Virus record (IMG/VR): IMGVR_UViG_3300047393_000100
Origin: a virus
Taxonomy: Duplodnaviria; Heunggongvirae; Uroviricota; Caudoviricetes
Strand: one strand, 5' to 3'
Length of the DNA stretch: 39,982 nucleotides
How positions within the stretch are numbered: position 1 is the stretch's first letter; each line of letters opens with the position of its first letter. Below are positions 36,505-39,982 of the stretch, one piece after another. The translations under genes were made by a program, and so were the position numbers. Under the pieces are notes generated by a model that was not told the DNA's origin, ran no database searches, and was given only the letters and a program-made list of their open reading frames with translations.

Positions 36505-37271
36505 TGAGTGAATTATCAAATTTAATGGAATCAATCGATAAACAAAAAATATCGATAATCATGCAATCTTATCTTGGAGATTATCCAGGTTCTAGAACAG
36601 ATGCTATATCTAAATTTAGAAGAGCAGTAAAAAGTTTTCAAAATCAATTATATAAAAATTGTGAATTGATTATAGTGGCAGATGGTTGTACTAAAACACA
36701 CCAGATTTACACCAGAGAATTCAAAAACGATCCTTCAATTAAATTCATATTCGTAGATAAAGATACCCCACACATGTACGAATTAAACGAGGATGGACAT
36801 AAATATTATAGAGGATTTCCACGAAGGGTTGGAGTTGGTGCTGCAACAGGGTCTTTAATAACATATATGGATTCCGACGATTTTCTAATGCCAGAGTTTA
36901 CATTAACATTATTACTAACGTATAATATGAATACTGATTTAGAATGGTGGATTAACACTGAGTGGTATGATAATGAAAACGCCAAATGGGAAGATAACAA
37001 TGTAATCTTTGGAAGTAATCATGATGAAGATATAGAAATAGAAGGTATTCCGGGAAAATGGACAAAAACATCAGTAAAACCAGGTATGGCAGTTTTAAGT
37101 CCATGGTTATTAATGCACAAGGCGTCATGTACTACCAAATGGAGAGATGTTATAGGAAATAGTGAAGATTCTGATTTCAATAAAAGACTTAGAAACGATT
37201 ATAAAAATGGTACTGTACTTAATAAACCAATATATGTGCGATGCCATTATAGAGATGTATGGGATATTTAA
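36504..37271 (+). CDS. Glycosyltransferase family 2
   Basis: ISIIMQSY, SFQNQLYKNCELIIVADG, ITYMDSDD. Confidence 0.8.
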   Translation: MSELSNLMESIDKQKISIIMQSYLGDYPGSRTDAISKFRRAVKSFQNQLYKNCELIIVADGCTKTHQIYTREFKNDPSIKFIFVDKDTPHMYELNEDGHKYYRGFPRRVGVGAATGSLITYMDSDDFLMPEFTLTLLLTYNMNTDLEWWINTEWYDNENAKWEDNNVIFGSNHDEDIEIEGIPGKWTKTSVKPGMAVLSPWLLMHKASCTTKWRDVIGNSEDSDFNKRLRNDYKNGTVLNKPIYVRCHYRDVWDI

Positions 37272-37855
37272 TCTCTATTTAAAGATTTTTTAAATATGTC
37301 AGCACAGATGGCGAGATATTCTTTTTTAGAATTCTCGTCATTTTTTATATACCAAGAGTATGCCATAGAATTTTCATATCTTGCAATATCTCCTTTAATA
37401 ATAGAAATATTTTCGGATATATTACTAATTTCATCTTCGCCTAACTCATCAAATTCAATATCTAATTCCATCGCAAGTTTAAGTAACATTCCCCAGTCAT
37501 GTTTCGAATTTGCATCATTTAAATCTTCATACACTTTTTTAAGAAATTTAGTTTCACTTGAATTAATATCTCTTAATTTATCCGGATGACATTTTACCGC
37601 AATCTTTCTAAATATTTTTTTAAATTTAGGATCATTATGATTATTATTAACCTCTTCTATAATTTCTATGTCCTCTTCCTTTATTTCAATATCGATTTTG
37701 GGTTTAGGCATAAGAGCTTCTACTGCTTCTGGATCTGATTCTAACATTGCATTTCTAAACTCACCCTCCGCAACACTCGAAATTTCTTTAACATCATCTA
37801 GGGTTTCATTTAGATAATTATAGTCTCTAATAAGTTTTTTTAGTATAGGATTCAT
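37268..37855 (-). CDS. J-domain (DnaJ-like) co-chaperone
   Basis: FKKIFRKIAVKCHPDKL with intact HPD, followed by KKVYEDLNDA helix III. Confidence 0.75.
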   Translation of the reverse strand: MNPILKKLIRDYNYLNETLDDVKEISSVAEGEFRNAMLESDPEAVEALMPKPKIDIEIKEEDIEIIEEVNNNHNDPKFKKIFRKIAVKCHPDKLRDINSSETKFLKKVYEDLNDANSKHDWGMLLKLAMELDIEFDELGEDEISNISENISIIKGDIARYENSMAYSWYIKNDENSKKEYLAICADIFKKSLNRD

Positions 37856-37989
37856 GTAGTATTTATTCTAATTATATTAAGATATTCCTGTTAATATAAT
37901 ACTGTATCGTAATATTATATGAATATATAGAATTGAACGAGATTAAATAAATAATCTTTTTATAGAAAAAACAAAAAAAATAAAAATCT

Positions 37990-38748
37990 ATGTCACAAAT
38001 TAAAATCAAGCAGGTTGAAGGTTTACAGGCTGTATTGGATGCTATTGGTGCTGGGTTACAATCTGGATCTTTAAAGTCTACATACACTCAAATTGGCCAT
38101 GGCTTTTCTGCAGGAAGTGTAATTGCTTTCTTAAATGGATCTTGGGTTTTAGCAGACGCATCATCGGCAGAGAAACTAGGTAGACTAGTTGTTGAAAGTG
38201 TAACCACCGACGAATTCGTTGGAGTACAACTTGGTAATATTGAAATTTCCGGATGGGGACTTACTCCTGGAAAATTCTATATGGTAGATGAAACCGGAAA
38301 TGGAACGGTATCTGAATATTTATCTCCATCATTACCAAACTTTGCGTTTAGTAACCCTATTCTACAATCGTTAACCGAAGAGAAAGCGCAAGTTCTTCCA
38401 TGGAGGCCAAGTTTAGGTGCAACTCCATTGGCGCAAGGACAAGAATATACCCAAACTGCCCAATCAGAATATACCAATGGAAATGGTTCATCTACAGGTA
38501 TTTCGTTAGACTTCACCCCATTTGCCGATTCAACAGTACAAGTATACATTAATGGTATTGCAGTAACAGAATCATATGGAAACAAAGATGGTGAGGTATA
38601 TTTTTCAAATGACGGAGGAACAACATCTGCTGGTATTTCAGAATTAATTGCAGGATCTACTTTACATTGGAATACAACAAATGCAGGTTATGAAATTGGA
38701 AATGGAGATACATTAGATTTAGTATATGAAAAAAGTTCATTAGATTAA
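37990..38748 (+). CDS. Putative virion structural protein
   Basis: MSQIKIKQV N-motif shared with the 33329 gene; shared C-terminal domain (VYINGI...WNTTNAGYEIGNGDTLDLVY). Confidence 0.6.
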   Translation: MSQIKIKQVEGLQAVLDAIGAGLQSGSLKSTYTQIGHGFSAGSVIAFLNGSWVLADASSAEKLGRLVVESVTTDEFVGVQLGNIEISGWGLTPGKFYMVDETGNGTVSEYLSPSLPNFAFSNPILQSLTEEKAQVLPWRPSLGATPLAQGQEYTQTAQSEYTNGNGSSTGISLDFTPFADSTVQVYINGIAVTESYGNKDGEVYFSNDGGTTSAGISELIAGSTLHWNTTNAGYEIGNGDTLDLVYEKSSLD

Positions 38749-38780
38749 TATAAATAATAAATAAAAAAAAAATAAAAAAT

Positions 38781-39982
38781 ATGTCAATTACACCGTACAT
38801 TTCTACTTCGGGGCCACAGGGTTTTACAGGGTTTCAAGGTTTTCAAGGTACTGCTGGAGATCAAGGTCTTATCGGAGATCAAGGAGAACAGGGAATTCAA
38901 GGAACACAAGGTCTTAAAGGAGATCAAGGTTTCCAAGGTATTACTGGAACAACTGGAGCAACTGGAGATCAAGGTCTTAAAGGAGATCAAGGTTTCCAAG
39001 GTATTACTGGAACACAAGGTCTTAAAGGAGATCAAGGTTTCCAAGGTATTACTGGAGCAACTGGAGCACAAGGTCTTCAAGGAACACAAGGAACACAAGG
39101 AATTCAAGGAACACAAGGTCTTAAAGGAGATCAAGGTTTCCAAGGTGTTACTGGAACAACTGGAGCAACTGGAGCGCAAGGTCTTAAAGGAGATCAAGGT
39201 TTCCAAGGTATTACTGGAACAACTGGAGCACAAGGTCTTAAAGGAGATCAAGGTCTTCAAGGAGAACAAGGAATTCAAGGAACACAAGGTCTTAAAGGAG
39301 ATCAAGGTTTCCAAGGTGTTACTGGAACAACTGGAGCAACTGGAGCACAAGGTCTTAAAGGAGATCAAGGTCTTCAAGGAGAACAAGGAATTCAAGGAAC
39401 ACAAGGTCTTAAAGGAGATCAAGGTTTCCAAGGTGTTACTGGAACAACTGGAGCAACTGGAGCACAAGGTCTTAAAGGAGATCAAGGTCTTCAAGGAGAA
39501 CAAGGAATTCAAGGAACGCAAGGTCTTAAAGGAGATCAAGGTTTCCAAGGTATTACTGGAACAAGTATCACGGGAGCAACTGGAGCACAAGGTCTTCAAG
39601 GAACACAAGGAACACAAGGAATTCAAGGAACACAAGGTCTTAAAGGAGATCAAGGTTTCCAAGGTGTTACTGGAACAACTGGAGCAACTGGAGCGCAAGG
39701 TCTTAAAGGAGATCAAGGTTTCCAAGGTATTACTGGAACAACTGGAGCACAAGGTCTTAAAGGAGATCAAGGTCTTCAAGGAGAACAAGGAATTCAAGGA
39801 ACACAAGGTCTTAAAGGAGATCAAGGTTTCCAAGGTGTTACTGGAACAACTGGAGCAACTGGAGCACAAGGTCTTAAAGGAGATCAAGGTCTTCAAGGAG
39901 AACAAGGAATTCAAGGAACGCAAGGTCTTAAAGGAGATCAAGGTTTCCAAGGTATTACTGGAACAAGTATCACGGGAGCAAC
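38781..39982 (+). CDS. Second collagen-like fibre protein, 3'-truncated by window end (not in ORF track)
   Basis: ATG 38781: MSITPYISTSGPQGFTGFQ..., then Gly-X-Y ([18 protein letters not shown]) with no stop codon to the end. Confidence 0.9.
   Translation, partial: MSITPYISTSGPQGFTGFQGFQGTAGDQGLIGDQGEQGIQGTQGLKGDQGFQGITGTTGATGDQGLKGDQGFQGITGTQGLKGDQGFQGITGATGAQGLQGTQGTQGIQGTQGLKGDQGFQGVTGTTGATGAQGLKGDQGFQGITGTTGAQGLKGDQGLQGEQGIQGTQGLKGDQGFQGVTGTTGATGAQGLKGDQGLQGEQGIQGTQGLKGDQGFQGVTGTTGATGAQGLKGDQGLQGEQGIQGTQGLKGDQGFQGITGTSITGATGAQGLQGTQGTQGIQGTQGLKGDQGFQGVTGTTGATGAQGLKGDQGFQGITGTTGAQGLKGDQGLQGEQGIQGTQGLKGDQGFQGVTGTTGATGAQGLKGDQGLQGEQGIQGTQGLKGDQGFQGITGTSITGA

Noticed and set aside
1146-37589. 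Short antisense ORFs overlapping well-supported genes (e.g. 1146-1583, 16583-16915, 19624-19911, 20118-20465, 24909-25145, 34231-34593, 37296-37589)
   Set aside because: Fully nested opposite recognisable genes, with no motifs or promoters
38784-39950. 388-aa minus-strand ORF in the track
   Set aside because: Antisense shadow of the + strand collagen gene starting at 38781, which the track missed because it has no stop in the window
2975-39982. Tandem repeats resembling a CRISPR array
   Set aside because: All are in-frame coding repeats without unique spacers; no cas genes

Overview
AT-rich, densely coding 40-kb segment of a large lytic dsDNA phage (jumbo/huge-phage type, with several T4-superfamily traits). 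The host is probably Bacteroidota, inferred from TTTT-N20-TAnnTTT(A/G) promoters, a Bacteroidota-like ClpP N-terminus and a Bacteroidota-like lipoprotein. The code is standard. Layout: (1) 130-2975: GH73 glucosaminidase, degenerate ferritin and a holin-like gene whose leader sits in a long hairpin. (2) 2975-8233: collagen-like fibre with a C-terminal intramolecular chaperone, then glycosyltransferase, SGNH and carbamoyltransferase genes. (3) Seven ORFs (1231-1964, 15368-18447) share an N-terminal MKxxxL(F/Y)EEFxNE leader resembling the T4 capsid-targeting sequence, and several carry internal (I/L/V)xE putative prohead-protease sites; one is an Acb1/gp57B-like 2H phosphoesterase. (4) 19425-24289: a divergently transcribed early island (RadA-like ATPase, LPD29, DUF932, tiny HTH, candidate ncRNA) in which most genes have their own copy of a ~47-bp promoter, flanked by two GC-richer non-coding tracts. 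(5) 26782-30609: N-domain-less ClpC, a T4 gp42-like dCMP hydroxymethylase, a UVR-like protein and ClpP. (6) 31920-end: structural/fibre genes, DUF2827 and GT2 glycosyltransferases, a J-domain protein and a second collagen-like gene running off the window. Three promoter classes can be read from the sequence. No tRNA, rRNA, CRISPR array or transposase was found. All family assignments come from motif recognition by eye, not database searches.
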